This document shows, piece after piece, positions 53,283 to 62,671 of a DNA stretch of 64,000 nt. Both the position numbers and the translations under genes were made by a program. The stretch covers positions 26,906 to 90,905 of the forward strand of contig JAWXAN010000070.1 in NCBI GenBank assembly GCA_034439475.1, read 5' to 3'. The notes beneath the pieces are model-generated. The model was not told the DNA's origin. It did not search any database and saw only the letters and a program-made list of their open reading frames with translations. The DNA comes from Candidatus Zixiibacteriota bacterium. Lineage in GTDB: Bacteria; Zixibacteria; MSB-5A5; GN15; FEB-12. Each line of letters opens with the position of its first letter. The first letter of the stretch is position 1.

Positions 53283-55841
53283 ATGGCACATGAATCATCA
53301 TTTAAACCGGGCATGATGATTGGCTCTTATGAGATTGTACGGCTTGCTGGTTCGGGCGGGATGGGGGAAGTTTATCTTGCGAACGATACAAGACTTCATA
53401 GGAAGGTTGCGCTCAAGGTTCTGGCCATTGACCATCAGCGGCCAGTTGATGTCCGTATGCGGCTTCAGCAAGAAGCGCAAGCATTAGCGTCTGTGAGCCA
53501 TCCAAACATTGGCTCTATTTATGATCTCGTTGAGATTGACAATCGGCTCGTGATGGTCATGGAGTGGATAGAAGGTAAACTCCTTTCCAGTATAGTAGGG
53601 AGTGTCTCACAAGATCAGCTGCAATCAATAGCTGTGGATGTTGCTGCCGCTCTTTCTGCGGCTCACCACGCAGGCATTTGTCACGGGGACATTAAGCCGT
53701 CCAACATTATTCGCGGTGACGATGGCCGGACTCGGGTATTTGATTTCGGAATAGCGCGGACGTTTGCCGATTCCCTGAGTTACGCTGACTATTCCGGCAC
53801 AATATCCTATATGGCCCCTGAGCTGATTTCAGGAAATGCTCCGTCACCACAGTCTGACCAGTTCTCGCTGGGTGTGCTTTTGTACGAACTAGCAACCGGA
53901 ACAAAGCCGTTCTCTGGTGACTACGAAGCGGTCGTTCAATACCAAATCCTGAATCTGACCCCCGCACCGATAACTACGCTCCGTTCTGATCTGCCTCAGT
54001 TTTTGATTGACACGATTAATCAATTGCTCGAAAAGAATCCGGATCAACGATTTGGTGATACGTCAGAGATTTGTGCAGCGCTCGGACAACAGACTGCGGA
54101 GCCCGCATCAGGCCTCTTGTGGCGGCGTTCAGTCCGGGTCGCTTTGTCAGCAATTATCGCGGTGATTATTTTAAGCGCAGGTACGGCCATAGTCCGGTAC
54201 GGCGGGCATGAGGAAACAGATGATTCAGAACGAAGGACAATCGCCGTGCTCCCCTTCGAAAACACCGGAGGACCGTCGCAAGGATATTTCGCTGATGGCA
54301 TGACTGATGCGATAATCGCAGGACTCGCCCAAGACACGGCCGTCAGCGTTATCTCACGGCAGAGCGTTATGAACTACAGAGGGAGCAGTAAGACTATTCA
54401 AGAGATCGGCCGCGAACTGGCGGTCGCCTTCATCCTGACCGGCGGCATTCAGAGAAGCGCCAATACGAACGGTGATAATCTCCGCATAAGCGCGAATCTT
54501 GCCGACGTTCGCACTGGTCGAATGAGATGGGCCAAAGTGTACGACAGAAATCTGAATGGACTATTTGCCGTTCAGAATGAACTCGCAGTTGATGTGAAAA
54601 AGGCCCTGCATCTGAGCGACACTACTGGCAGGAATCTACCACCGCCCACTTTTAGTCTGAGCGCATACGATTTCTTCTTAAGAGGCAACGACTACTTTAA
54701 TCGGGGCTGGTCTCACGAGGACATTCGGTTCGCAATCGGAATGTACGAAAATGCGGTTGCCGAAGACTCGAGCTTTGCGATGGCTTATGCTATGCTTGCG
54801 CGATGTCACGCCAGTATGTTTTGGGAGTATTTTGATCGTACTGATAGTCGATGCCTCCGAGCGCGGCAAGCGGCAGATCGTGCGATGACGCTTAAAAGTG
54901 ATCTTCCTGAAGCATACCTCGCACTCGGCTACTACTATTATCATTGCGAGCTTGACTATATACGAGCGCTAGAGCAATTCTATATTGCACTTCGGTTAGA
55001 TCCTAATAATTGCGAATTGCTGAATGCCATCGCCGCCGTAGAACGGCGTCAGGGAAATCTCCCCATGGCTTTGGAGCATTTTAAACAGTCTCAAAAGATC
55101 GATCCACGCTCACATCTTAAAGCATTTGAAGTTGGGCTGACATATGGACTGATGCGGCAATATTCCGATGCGCACATATACCTCGATCGCGCCATAACGC
55201 TTTGTCCAGACTGGTCGCTGGCATATATTTATAAGGCATGGTTGTCCATTCTAGAGGACGGCGATATTGAAGCCGCGCGAGGGACACTTGCAAAAGCTCC
55301 ACCTGAAGCAAATCTGCAAAGAAGTCACTACTATTGGTGGCTTCAGCGAATTGTCCAACCGAATGTATCTCCCGAAATGACCCATATCCCAGTTATGGAT
55401 GACACCGCAGCGTACTATCTGTTTCTGAGTCAAATAAACCGATTGAGGTCCAATTCCTATATGCGGCGTGCTTATGCTGATTCGGCACGTAACTGGATAG
55501 CGCCGCGACTTGCCACCGCGCCGAACGCCGCCCGATATAACAGCTATCTTGGATTGGCTTATGCCGAATTGGGCGAGAAAGAAAAGGGGGTGCAATTCGG
55601 ACAGAAGGCATTGGAATTATTGCCGACCTCTCGCGATTCATTTGATGCCCTTTTTCTTCTTCTTAATATGGCCGAAATTCTGGTGATTGTAGGAGAGCAG
55701 GAACAAGCGATTGGGCAGATTCAATATATGCTCAGCCTGCCGGGGTTTGTCTCGAAGCCATATTTCAAGGTCGATCCGTTATGGAGGTCATTAGAGGCGC
55801 AGCCAGAATATCGAAAGCTGATATATGGAAGCAGCAGTTGA
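53283..55841 (+). CDS. Ser/Thr protein kinase (non-RD, HGD) with TM segment, TolB-N/FlgO-like periplasmic module and TPR repeats
   Basis: Kinase motifs are present: GSGGMGEVYLA, VALKVL, CHGDIKPSNII and DFGIAR. A TM segment (VALSAIIAVIILSAGTAIV) follows, then RRTIAVLPFENTGG...FADGMTDAIIAGL and a long TPR-like C-terminus. Confidence 0.85.
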   Translation: MAHESSFKPGMMIGSYEIVRLAGSGGMGEVYLANDTRLHRKVALKVLAIDHQRPVDVRMRLQQEAQALASVSHPNIGSIYDLVEIDNRLVMVMEWIEGKLLSSIVGSVSQDQLQSIAVDVAAALSAAHHAGICHGDIKPSNIIRGDDGRTRVFDFGIARTFADSLSYADYSGTISYMAPELISGNAPSPQSDQFSLGVLLYELATGTKPFSGDYEAVVQYQILNLTPAPITTLRSDLPQFLIDTINQLLEKNPDQRFGDTSEICAALGQQTAEPASGLLWRRSVRVALSAIIAVIILSAGTAIVRYGGHEETDDSERRTIAVLPFENTGGPSQGYFADGMTDAIIAGLAQDTAVSVISRQSVMNYRGSSKTIQEIGRELAVAFILTGGIQRSANTNGDNLRISANLADVRTGRMRWAKVYDRNLNGLFAVQNELAVDVKKALHLSDTTGRNLPPPTFSLSAYDFFLRGNDYFNRGWSHEDIRFAIGMYENAVAEDSSFAMAYAMLARCHASMFWEYFDRTDSRCLRARQAADRAMTLKSDLPEAYLALGYYYYHCELDYIRALEQFYIALRLDPNNCELLNAIAAVERRQGNLPMALEHFKQSQKIDPRSHLKAFEVGLTYGLMRQYSDAHIYLDRAITLCPDWSLAYIYKAWLSILEDGDIEAARGTLAKAPPEANLQRSHYYWWLQRIVQPNVSPEMTHIPVMDDTAAYYLFLSQINRLRSNSYMRRAYADSARNWIAPRLATAPNAARYNSYLGLAYAELGEKEKGVQFGQKALELLPTSRDSFDALFLLLNMAEILVIVGEQEQAIGQIQYMLSLPGFVSKPYFKVDPLWRSLEAQPEYRKLIYGSSS

Positions 55842-55851
55842 GCATGCTTGA

Positions 55852-57438
55852 TTAATCGGCAGGCAGCTTGAAACCGTAACGGACCATTTTGTCTTTCAGC
55901 CCCTTTCGAGTCAAACCCAACTGATCTGCTGTGCGCATGATATTGCCATTGGTTTCGGCAAGCGTTGACACAATCATGGTCTTCTCTAATTTTTCAACGG
56001 CCTGACGCATTTCCCCAAGCGAAGTACCAATACTTGAGATTTCCTCAGTCTCATCGTGGATTTCAGGAGATAGATGATAAGGCTTAATCTCAGTTTCTGG
56101 ATTGCAGACGACCGCCGCGCGCTCGATCACATGTTCGAGCTGCCGAGCGTTTCCGGGCCAGGAATATCGGTAAAGGGTGTCAAGCGCTTCCGATGAGACA
56201 GCCAGATTTGGCGCATTGAGCTTGATGCGCAGCAAGGAAAGAGCATGTTGCACCAACAGCGGAATATCGTCGCGTCGTTCTCTCAATGGCGGCAGTTCGA
56301 TCGTGAATGTGTTCAGTCGATAGTAAAGATCTTCCCGAAACGTGCCCTTGGCGATTTCGTCCTTAAGGTTGCGATTTGTGGCCGACAGGACTCGCACCTT
56401 TACTGTTTCGGTCTTACTTGCGCCAACTGGCCTGATTTCACCCGACTGGATGACACGCAAAATCGCAGCCTGGGTTGACAGCGGCGCATCCCCAATTTCA
56501 TCAAGAAAGATAGTACCACCTTGAGCCTCTTTGAATAGTCCCGGCTTTTCCTTGTCTGCGCCGGTGAATGCTCCCCTGACGTGGCCGAAGAGCTCTGATT
56601 CAAGCAGCGACTCTGTTTTAATTGCGCAGTTTTTCACAACAAATGGCTGGTGCCGGAGATCGCTGTTCGCGTGAATTGCCCGGGCAATGAGTTCCTTCCC
56701 CGTGCCGGTTTCCCCTGTGATAAGTACCGGAGCGTTATTAGCGCTAAACTTTGACGCCAGCATAAGCACATGACGAATTGCGCGAGACGAACCGACGATA
56801 TTCTCAAAAGAAGGGCCAACCCCAAGCTCCGTGCGCAATATTGCGTTTTCATCCTTAAGCTGTTTGTACGATAACTCAAGCAGTTCGTTGTTCTGAGCCA
56901 GGTCTTTCAAGAGCTGTGCGTTGGCGAGTATTTGCGCAGACTGGGCCGAAAGAATTCCAACTAAACGGCAATGGTCCTCGGTGAATGGTCCCTTCTGACG
57001 TGATCGCACTAGCGCTACTACTCCTATCGCCTCGTCCCGAACTAAGAGCGGGCAACAGATCGCCGACGTGAACCGCCCATTATCGGAATCGAGATCCTGA
57101 AAACGTCTGTCAGTGTCCAGATCATCAATCCGCGCTAACTGGCGGTGAGAGAGCACCCAGCCAGCAAGTGATTGGCTTATTTGAAAAGGAAGTTCAGAAT
57201 TTCGTCGGTCATTATTGCGAATAACTGTCGTTAATGCGTCAGCTTGCTTTTTTGACACGATGCTTATGACTCCCTGATCCGCTTCGGTTACTCTTGTCAA
57301 CTCAGTAAGAATGATATTCATGATGTGATTTACTTCGCGGACCTGACAAATACGGCCGACTACTGTGTTAATCAGACGCAGTTCCTCTACGGCCTGCCAA
57401 TTTCTCGGATCGGGTTGCATTGCGCTCATTTTTCTCAA
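55852..57438 (-). CDS. Sigma-54-dependent transcriptional activator (GAF - AAA+ - Fis-type HTH)
   Basis: It has an N-terminal GAF-like domain and Walker A VLITGETGTGKE. The GAFTGA loop is exact (RGAFTGADK). The C-terminal HTH is NGNIMRTADQLGLTRKGLKDKM. There is no receiver domain. Confidence 0.9.
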   Translation of the reverse strand: MRKMSAMQPDPRNWQAVEELRLINTVVGRICQVREVNHIMNIILTELTRVTEADQGVISIVSKKQADALTTVIRNNDRRNSELPFQISQSLAGWVLSHRQLARIDDLDTDRRFQDLDSDNGRFTSAICCPLLVRDEAIGVVALVRSRQKGPFTEDHCRLVGILSAQSAQILANAQLLKDLAQNNELLELSYKQLKDENAILRTELGVGPSFENIVGSSRAIRHVLMLASKFSANNAPVLITGETGTGKELIARAIHANSDLRHQPFVVKNCAIKTESLLESELFGHVRGAFTGADKEKPGLFKEAQGGTIFLDEIGDAPLSTQAAILRVIQSGEIRPVGASKTETVKVRVLSATNRNLKDEIAKGTFREDLYYRLNTFTIELPPLRERRDDIPLLVQHALSLLRIKLNAPNLAVSSEALDTLYRYSWPGNARQLEHVIERAAVVCNPETEIKPYHLSPEIHDETEEISSIGTSLGEMRQAVEKLEKTMIVSTLAETNGNIMRTADQLGLTRKGLKDKMVRYGFKLPAD

Positions 57439-57649
57439 TTTCTTTGGTGCGTGTCTTCCATCTCAAAATAGGAAGGCAATGCCGTGAGGTCAACCTTTTA
57501 GTACTGATTGATTGAAAGCAAGTAACCACCAATTCAGCCTCAATTGTATAGTTTCTATCCTCTCGCTATTAATTTCGTCTTGATCTTGCTGCTGTCCACA
57601 CCCTTGTCTGGCTTTAGCTTCAGACAGTTTCGAGCAAGTCGAATGTCTT

Positions 57650-57665
57650 TGGCACTAACCTTGCC
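57650..57665 (+). promoter_or_regulatory. Sigma-54 (-24/-12) promoter TGGCAC-N5-TTGC
   Basis: The sequence tTGGCACtaaccTTGCc is a perfect consensus core, 126 nt upstream of the ATG at 57791. It is divergent from the activator gene. Confidence 0.8.
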
Positions 57666-57790
57666 TTGCATAGAGACATGGTAAACAAAATGGCTCGAAA
57701 GGAAGAAATGAGTACGAACGAAACTCAGAGGGTTAGTACGACCAAACTCATACAATCAGCAATTAAAACAATGACAGGAGAAGGAACACT

Positions 57791-59035
57791 ATGATTTCAC
57801 GAATGATCGCTCTGTTTGTGTGTATGGCACTGGCATTAATAGCCGGCGCCTGCCAAGAGAATAAAAACCCCATGAATTATGCCGACAACTTCTCGGCGAG
57901 GGCCAACAACGAAAACGCCGCGCTGAGTCCGGCGGCCTCTGCTCCTGATCCGTCGGGGCAGGTGACGATATCGGCAGGCAGCAAATCACTGACGTTCTGG
58001 CCATTCACATCGAACAACTTCGAGGGAGAACCGCAAGACCCGATTAACCTAATCTTTTTTGGGAAATGCGATCCAAGACAAATTCGCGCCGCATTAATGG
58101 GTCTGGATGGTGACCGATCGGCATTGGGCTTTCCGGCTGTTGCGCCCTTTAACTCACGATGGGATGATGCTATTGGAGATGTTCAAACCAGTTACGGCGA
58201 TGGCGGATGGACCGGCGGCGTTATTCAACTCGCCTGCGGTGATTATATGTCAGTCCGTTTTCATTTACGACTGTTTACTATGGGCGAGTGGACGGTCGGC
58301 AATGTTCATTTTGAAGCATTGATCCCCGGCACGGCCGATCACCAAGTCCTCAATTGGGAAGTTGCCGAGCAGTTCGTGGTCGGTGATTTTTTCCGAAGCG
58401 GCTTGCTTGACGCAACTACTCCGGTAATCCAGACCGAGCAGATAAATCCCTCTCCATTTCGAACGATACCAGCAATTATCTATAATGGTCTCCCGCACGA
58501 ATTACAGGGACTTATCGGAGGACCGATTGGACAGGTGCAAAACGACGTTCCGATAGGAACCGACGGCCATGCGATGATTTTGAATCTTGCTCATGCCGTT
58601 CCCGTAGTTCCCGAAACCAAGGTTCAGGAATTCGTAGTGTTTTACGACCAGGTCATTCCGAAACCATTCTGCAACGATGGCGATGATTACCTCTACGCGC
58701 AGGGACCGGTTACACTCGAACAGGTAGTGACAATAACTCATGATCTCAATTATGAGTTATCTTTCAAAGCTGAAGGCACATTGACCCTGACTCCGGTCAA
58801 TCCGTTGGACGGTCAGCCCCTTGGTCCATCTCTGAGGGCGAAAGTAATGGAAAAACATAGGGGACGATTCACAACACGTAACTGGACAGTGGGCAGTTCC
58901 AAGCTGCAAAAGATCACTCCCGCCAACGCGCCAGGGGCGGGCTCGCTCAAAAGCGATCTTGAAATAAACTCAAATGGCAAAAACGACTACTCTATTTTCA
59001 TCCGGTGCGCCGATGAGGCGATCGCTGGGAAATAG
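57791..59035 (+). CDS. Probable lipoprotein, unknown function (operon gene 1)
   Basis: 414 aa. AGGAGAAGGA precedes the ATG. The signal peptide is MISRMIALFVCMALALIAGAC. I cannot name any domain with confidence. Confidence 0.7.
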   Translation: MISRMIALFVCMALALIAGACQENKNPMNYADNFSARANNENAALSPAASAPDPSGQVTISAGSKSLTFWPFTSNNFEGEPQDPINLIFFGKCDPRQIRAALMGLDGDRSALGFPAVAPFNSRWDDAIGDVQTSYGDGGWTGGVIQLACGDYMSVRFHLRLFTMGEWTVGNVHFEALIPGTADHQVLNWEVAEQFVVGDFFRSGLLDATTPVIQTEQINPSPFRTIPAIIYNGLPHELQGLIGGPIGQVQNDVPIGTDGHAMILNLAHAVPVVPETKVQEFVVFYDQVIPKPFCNDGDDYLYAQGPVTLEQVVTITHDLNYELSFKAEGTLTLTPVNPLDGQPLGPSLRAKVMEKHRGRFTTRNWTVGSSKLQKITPANAPGAGSLKSDLEINSNGKNDYSIFIRCADEAIAGK

Positions 59036-59116
59036 AGCTCATTGACATTAAGACGGGCGCCAGAAGGTTGGTTTTCTGCCCATATCTCTGGCGCCGCGAA
59101 TAGGAGAAGAAGAAAC

Positions 59117-59878
59117 ATGAAATATTATTTATCTTCGTCGGCCTTTATGTTCTGCATACTTGCGATTCTTAGCGCAGACAGCGCCACAGCCGCTTCGAAA
59201 CGGTCAGCGGCAGAGCTTGCAGGTCTGCCTGCCGTCGACAGCGCGCTCAAGATTACAAAGGTGCACACACCGGTCAGTTTTCCGCGTCTGATCACAGGGC
59301 TGGGTATTGGGCTCGCTACGGCCGGTACATCTTCGATCAAATCAGGATTGGATACCGTGCTGGCCTCATATGGAGTTGCTGGCAACTCCCGTATTGGTGA
59401 GCCGTCCACTTCAATTACCGCGGGTTTCCGCTTTCAATTCTCGGAGCGGCTAGGAATCTTTTTAGATTTTCTAAATGGAGGCACCCCGAACGCAAACCAG
59501 TTCATCAAATCGGCCGCCAGTGTCGGGTTAGTTGTGACTCCGTTTCGAACTCGCACCGGTTCCGCCGCTGTTTCGTTTGGAAGCGGTATAACGGTTCAGA
59601 AACTCGAGTCACATACTACCTATAACCTCCCCATACCCTCCAGCTTTGGCACACTGGAATACATTAGGATCGAAACACACAGTACTCTCGGCGTCCCGCT
59701 GGTTGCGATGCTGGAATTGCCCGCCGCCGCGACCTCACGATACAGCATGATATTCACTGCGCGGCACGTCTTCTCACCCGACGCCAAAGTGGAGGAAAAC
59801 TACTCCCCCGGCACAAATTTTAAGGTCAATATGTCGGGAAACTACTTTTCCATAATGCTGAACGCTGGCATAAATTAG
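59117..59878 (+). CDS. Secreted protein, possibly small beta-barrel OMP, unknown function (operon gene 2)
   Basis: AGGAGAAG precedes the ATG at 59117. The signal peptide is MKYYLSSSAFMFCILAILSADSATA. The body has an alternating beta-like pattern, is Gly/Ser/Thr-rich, and has no C-terminal Phe. The ORF-track start at 59042 adds an Arg-rich leader. Confidence 0.6.
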   Translation: MKYYLSSSAFMFCILAILSADSATAASKRSAAELAGLPAVDSALKITKVHTPVSFPRLITGLGIGLATAGTSSIKSGLDTVLASYGVAGNSRIGEPSTSITAGFRFQFSERLGIFLDFLNGGTPNANQFIKSAASVGLVVTPFRTRTGSAAVSFGSGITVQKLESHTTYNLPIPSSFGTLEYIRIETHSTLGVPLVAMLELPAAATSRYSMIFTARHVFSPDAKVEENYSPGTNFKVNMSGNYFSIMLNAGIN

Positions 59879-59910
59879 ATTTTAGGTTTATAGAAAGAAG
59901 AGAGACTATT

Positions 59911-61461
59911 ATGAAAAAGATAACGCCTTCAACAATTACATTGATTCTGATGACATTTCTTATGCTCAATAGTTGCGTACCCTACCGGCAGTGGGTGCCG
60001 CCACAGGGTCTGACAGCGAACACTAAAGGCCGCATGGAAGTTCTGACAAGGAACGGCAATGTCTATCGATTATCCAATGGACGTTTTATGAATTACAATA
60101 TCTTGGGGTTAGGATCGGTGACAACAACCGAAAATAAGACAGATGCATTTGGGGGAAGTATCCCATTGGACAGTATTGCGCTTGTGCAGGTGCACCGCGA
60201 AGATCTGTTCGCTGGCCTGTTATCTACGGCGAGCACACTCGCAGTCGTCGTCTTGGGCATTGTTGCAACTGCCGAAGGCCAGACTGGGGTGACTGTCGGT
60301 ATCCGTTACCCTCCTAGCTCCGGCGGCGGGTGGGGTTCCTGTCCGCTCGCTTATTCGCTCAAGGATGACAGCCTTCATCTCGAATCCGAAACCTATGTAG
60401 GCGCAATTTGCGGCAAACTTGAGCGAACTGCAACCGATGTGCTGAGACACTTAGGGCCATCTGGTGACAGTCTGACTCTCAGTATTCGAAACGACTCGCC
60501 TGAAACTCATCTGACCAATTCGGTGAGCCTGATGGCAGTAGATCATCCGTTAGGGACAGAGGTCGTTACAGATATCTACGGCACACTACATACCGTTGGA
60601 GATCGTATTCCCTGCAGAATGGCTCGCGATGAACGAGGGCGCGATGTCACATCGCTGGTCGTATCCAGAGATAGCTCTTCGTATACAGCCAATCTGATTG
60701 AAATCGATCCTGAAAATGAGGAAGATCTTCGCGATGCCGTCACAGTTGAATTTAACTGTCCGCCCGAAGCACGCCGCGCCAAACTTATCGTGACCTGCAT
60801 GAACTCAGACCTTGCCGACTACGCTCTCAACAAGCTCTTCTCGTTGCGCGGTCCATCAAAACTGCAGTACTATCACAAGCTCGACAATGACCGATCTGAA
60901 TTTTTTAAGCTGGTTGGATGGATGTTTCGCGAGGGCGGGCTTGAAGTTTCGGTGTGGGATAATGACCATTGGGTCCGCAATGGTTCAATTGCAGGAGTAG
61001 GCGGACGAGTCTTTGGCGAGCGAATAGTTTTAATTGATCTTGCGGTAACTGACAGTAAAGTCCGTGTGAAACTTGAAGGGACATCCGGACTGTGGAAGGT
61101 CGATGCGGTTGAAATAGATTACTCCGAAGATGCCGCGTTCGAGCTTACGGAAGCTCACTTGCGTCAGGCGCTGACAAACAAGGGGGAAAATATTGCGTCA
61201 ATTCTCGCTGACCAGGATCAGGACTACTTCCGGACAATCACAGATGAATGGGTCAATTTGTCATTTGATACTGTTAAGATCAAGTCCGGCTTCAGCCGAA
61301 GCTACATTTTGAAAACGACCGGCCACTACTTCGGCTGGTTTGAACAGGATGATCAGGACAATAGCGCTGTAGCCGATCGCATTTTGACCGAGCCATTGTA
61401 CGGAAGTAAGCTCTATCTCAAAGACTGGCTGCGGGCGAAAGCGACGGTTGCGAAAAAATAA
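59911..61461 (+). CDS. Secreted/lipid-anchored protein with one internal hydrophobic segment, unknown function (operon gene 3)
   Basis: 516 aa. MKKITPSTITLILMTFLMLNSC is a signal peptide ending in Cys. A hydrophobic stretch LFAGLLSTASTLAVVVLGIVATA is followed by ...WGSCPLAYSLKDD.... I cannot name any domain. Confidence 0.7.
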   Translation: MKKITPSTITLILMTFLMLNSCVPYRQWVPPQGLTANTKGRMEVLTRNGNVYRLSNGRFMNYNILGLGSVTTTENKTDAFGGSIPLDSIALVQVHREDLFAGLLSTASTLAVVVLGIVATAEGQTGVTVGIRYPPSSGGGWGSCPLAYSLKDDSLHLESETYVGAICGKLERTATDVLRHLGPSGDSLTLSIRNDSPETHLTNSVSLMAVDHPLGTEVVTDIYGTLHTVGDRIPCRMARDERGRDVTSLVVSRDSSSYTANLIEIDPENEEDLRDAVTVEFNCPPEARRAKLIVTCMNSDLADYALNKLFSLRGPSKLQYYHKLDNDRSEFFKLVGWMFREGGLEVSVWDNDHWVRNGSIAGVGGRVFGERIVLIDLAVTDSKVRVKLEGTSGLWKVDAVEIDYSEDAAFELTEAHLRQALTNKGENIASILADQDQDYFRTITDEWVNLSFDTVKIKSGFSRSYILKTTGHYFGWFEQDDQDNSAVADRILTEPLYGSKLYLKDWLRAKATVAKK

Positions 61462-61683
61462 GCTTCGAAGAAAGGACCGCCTGCCTTCACACCATGGTGG
61501 ACAGTGGTTCCGCCTTGGGTGTCAGTCTCGACGCGCTATTTTTACACTGACCGGGGAAGCTTAAGACATGAGTAAGGTCACTTGCGCTGAAATTTTCACT
61601 TTTCTCATTGGTCGATTCCATTAGTCTAAATGGATGAAAATGAATAATACCATTAGTAAAAGTGTAACGAAGTATTTTATCAT

Positions 61684-61890
61684 TCAGTCACCCTTGATAA
61701 CAAAGGGGACAGTGCAGAGAACTATCGACAGGCACACAAGCAGTGTCAGGTTCTCGACAAAATAAGGCGCGACACACAACAGGGCTCCTGAGAGCATCGG
61801 CAGCCACCGGCGTTGCTTTTTGCCATAGATGAAAAATCCGGAGCCAACCGATCCGGTGATGAGCCCGATAAGGAGAGTGGTTCCGGTCAT
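61684..61890 (-). CDS. 68-aa hydrophobic membrane protein, copy R
   Basis: MTGTTLLIGLITGSVGSGFFIYGKKQRRWLPMLSGALLCVAPYFVENLTLLVCLSIVLCTVPFVIKGD matches copy L at 62 of 68 residues. Confidence 0.7.
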   Translation of the reverse strand: MTGTTLLIGLITGSVGSGFFIYGKKQRRWLPMLSGALLCVAPYFVENLTLLVCLSIVLCTVPFVIKGD

Positions 61891-62380
61891 TGTCTTTTCG
61901 TCCAGCGCTTAACGTTATTGATAGGTCAAACATATATACCTGCCGCAGGGAATTTTTCATCAAGGATTCACCGGGGCAGGTTACTTTACGTTTGACAGGA
62001 TCATAGTAAATATATCGGGAGAAGATTGGCTGAGCATGAGCCCAACCAGTTGGGACTATTTGTCAAACAAGAGTCGTAATGCTCGAATCAGCGAAATCAA
62101 TGCGGCTGTCCGGCCTTGATGAATGGTTGAGCAGACTCCTTCACAAACGCCTCTTTTTTCCGTTTGGTCCATCCTTTAATCTGCCATTCTCTTTTGAGAG
62201 CAAGTGATCGCGAACTGCACTGTTCTGTGTAGACCACATTGACCGGTAGACGAGCGCGAGTGTATTTGGCTGCATTACCAGCGTTGTGCGCACGAAGCCG
62301 CTCGTCTATATCAGTTGTTATTCCGGTATACAGACTATTATCGCGGCAGCGAAGAATGTAGAGTTTGAGCGGCTTTTTGT
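61684..62380 (-). repeat. Right arm of diverged inverted duplication (GIY-YIG + small membrane gene)
   Basis: It is the reverse complement of the left arm. Relative to the left arm it carries an extra stretch of about 90 nt between the two genes. Confidence 0.85.
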
Positions 62381-62390
62381 GCGCTGACAT
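62097..62390 (-). CDS. GIY-YIG nuclease family protein (UPF0213/YhbQ-like), copy R
   Basis: 97 aa. KLYILRCRDNSLYTGITTDIDERLRAHNAGNAAKYTRARLPVNVVYTE...ALKREWQIKGW. It runs 9 codons longer at the C-terminus than copy L, which has a premature TAA relative to it. Confidence 0.9.
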   Translation of the reverse strand: MSAHKKPLKLYILRCRDNSLYTGITTDIDERLRAHNAGNAAKYTRARLPVNVVYTEQCSSRSLALKREWQIKGWTKRKKEAFVKESAQPFIKAGQPH

Positions 62391-62671
62391 ATTTTACAAT
62401 CCGTGCATATCGTTTTGACGTATACTCTCTTGCCAGTCGGGCAATTCAATGTCTTCTCATCTACTATTATGATACCGCGTTCACTGAGCGAGGTCAAATG
62501 TTCTCGTTGAAGTCCTATATGGCAATATAAATTGTTGGGCGGCTGTAAAGAAGAATGTAACTCCAGAAAAAGTGAACCGTCAGGTGACACTTCTGCCTCG
62601 CTCAAATCGCGTCGCAAGCGAGAGCTGAGGGAACGGTTCTACCACTGCCCATGCGCCACCGAAAAGACCGC

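Noticed and set aside
57606-57627. TGTCTG-N10-CAGACA inverted repeat as a classical enhancer (UAS) for the sigma-54 activator
   Set aside because: It lies only about 25-45 nt upstream of the -24 element, closer than typical UAS positions. The cognate site at 19378-19400 is not palindromic. I kept only the shared-motif observation.
44833-62390. Calling the bracketed 16-kb segment a composite transposon or integrative element
   Set aside because: I found no transposase, integrase, terminal inverted repeats, target-site duplication or tRNA-derived direct repeat. The flanking repeats are whole genes, about 10-20 percent diverged. I report it as an observation rather than as a mobile_element feature.
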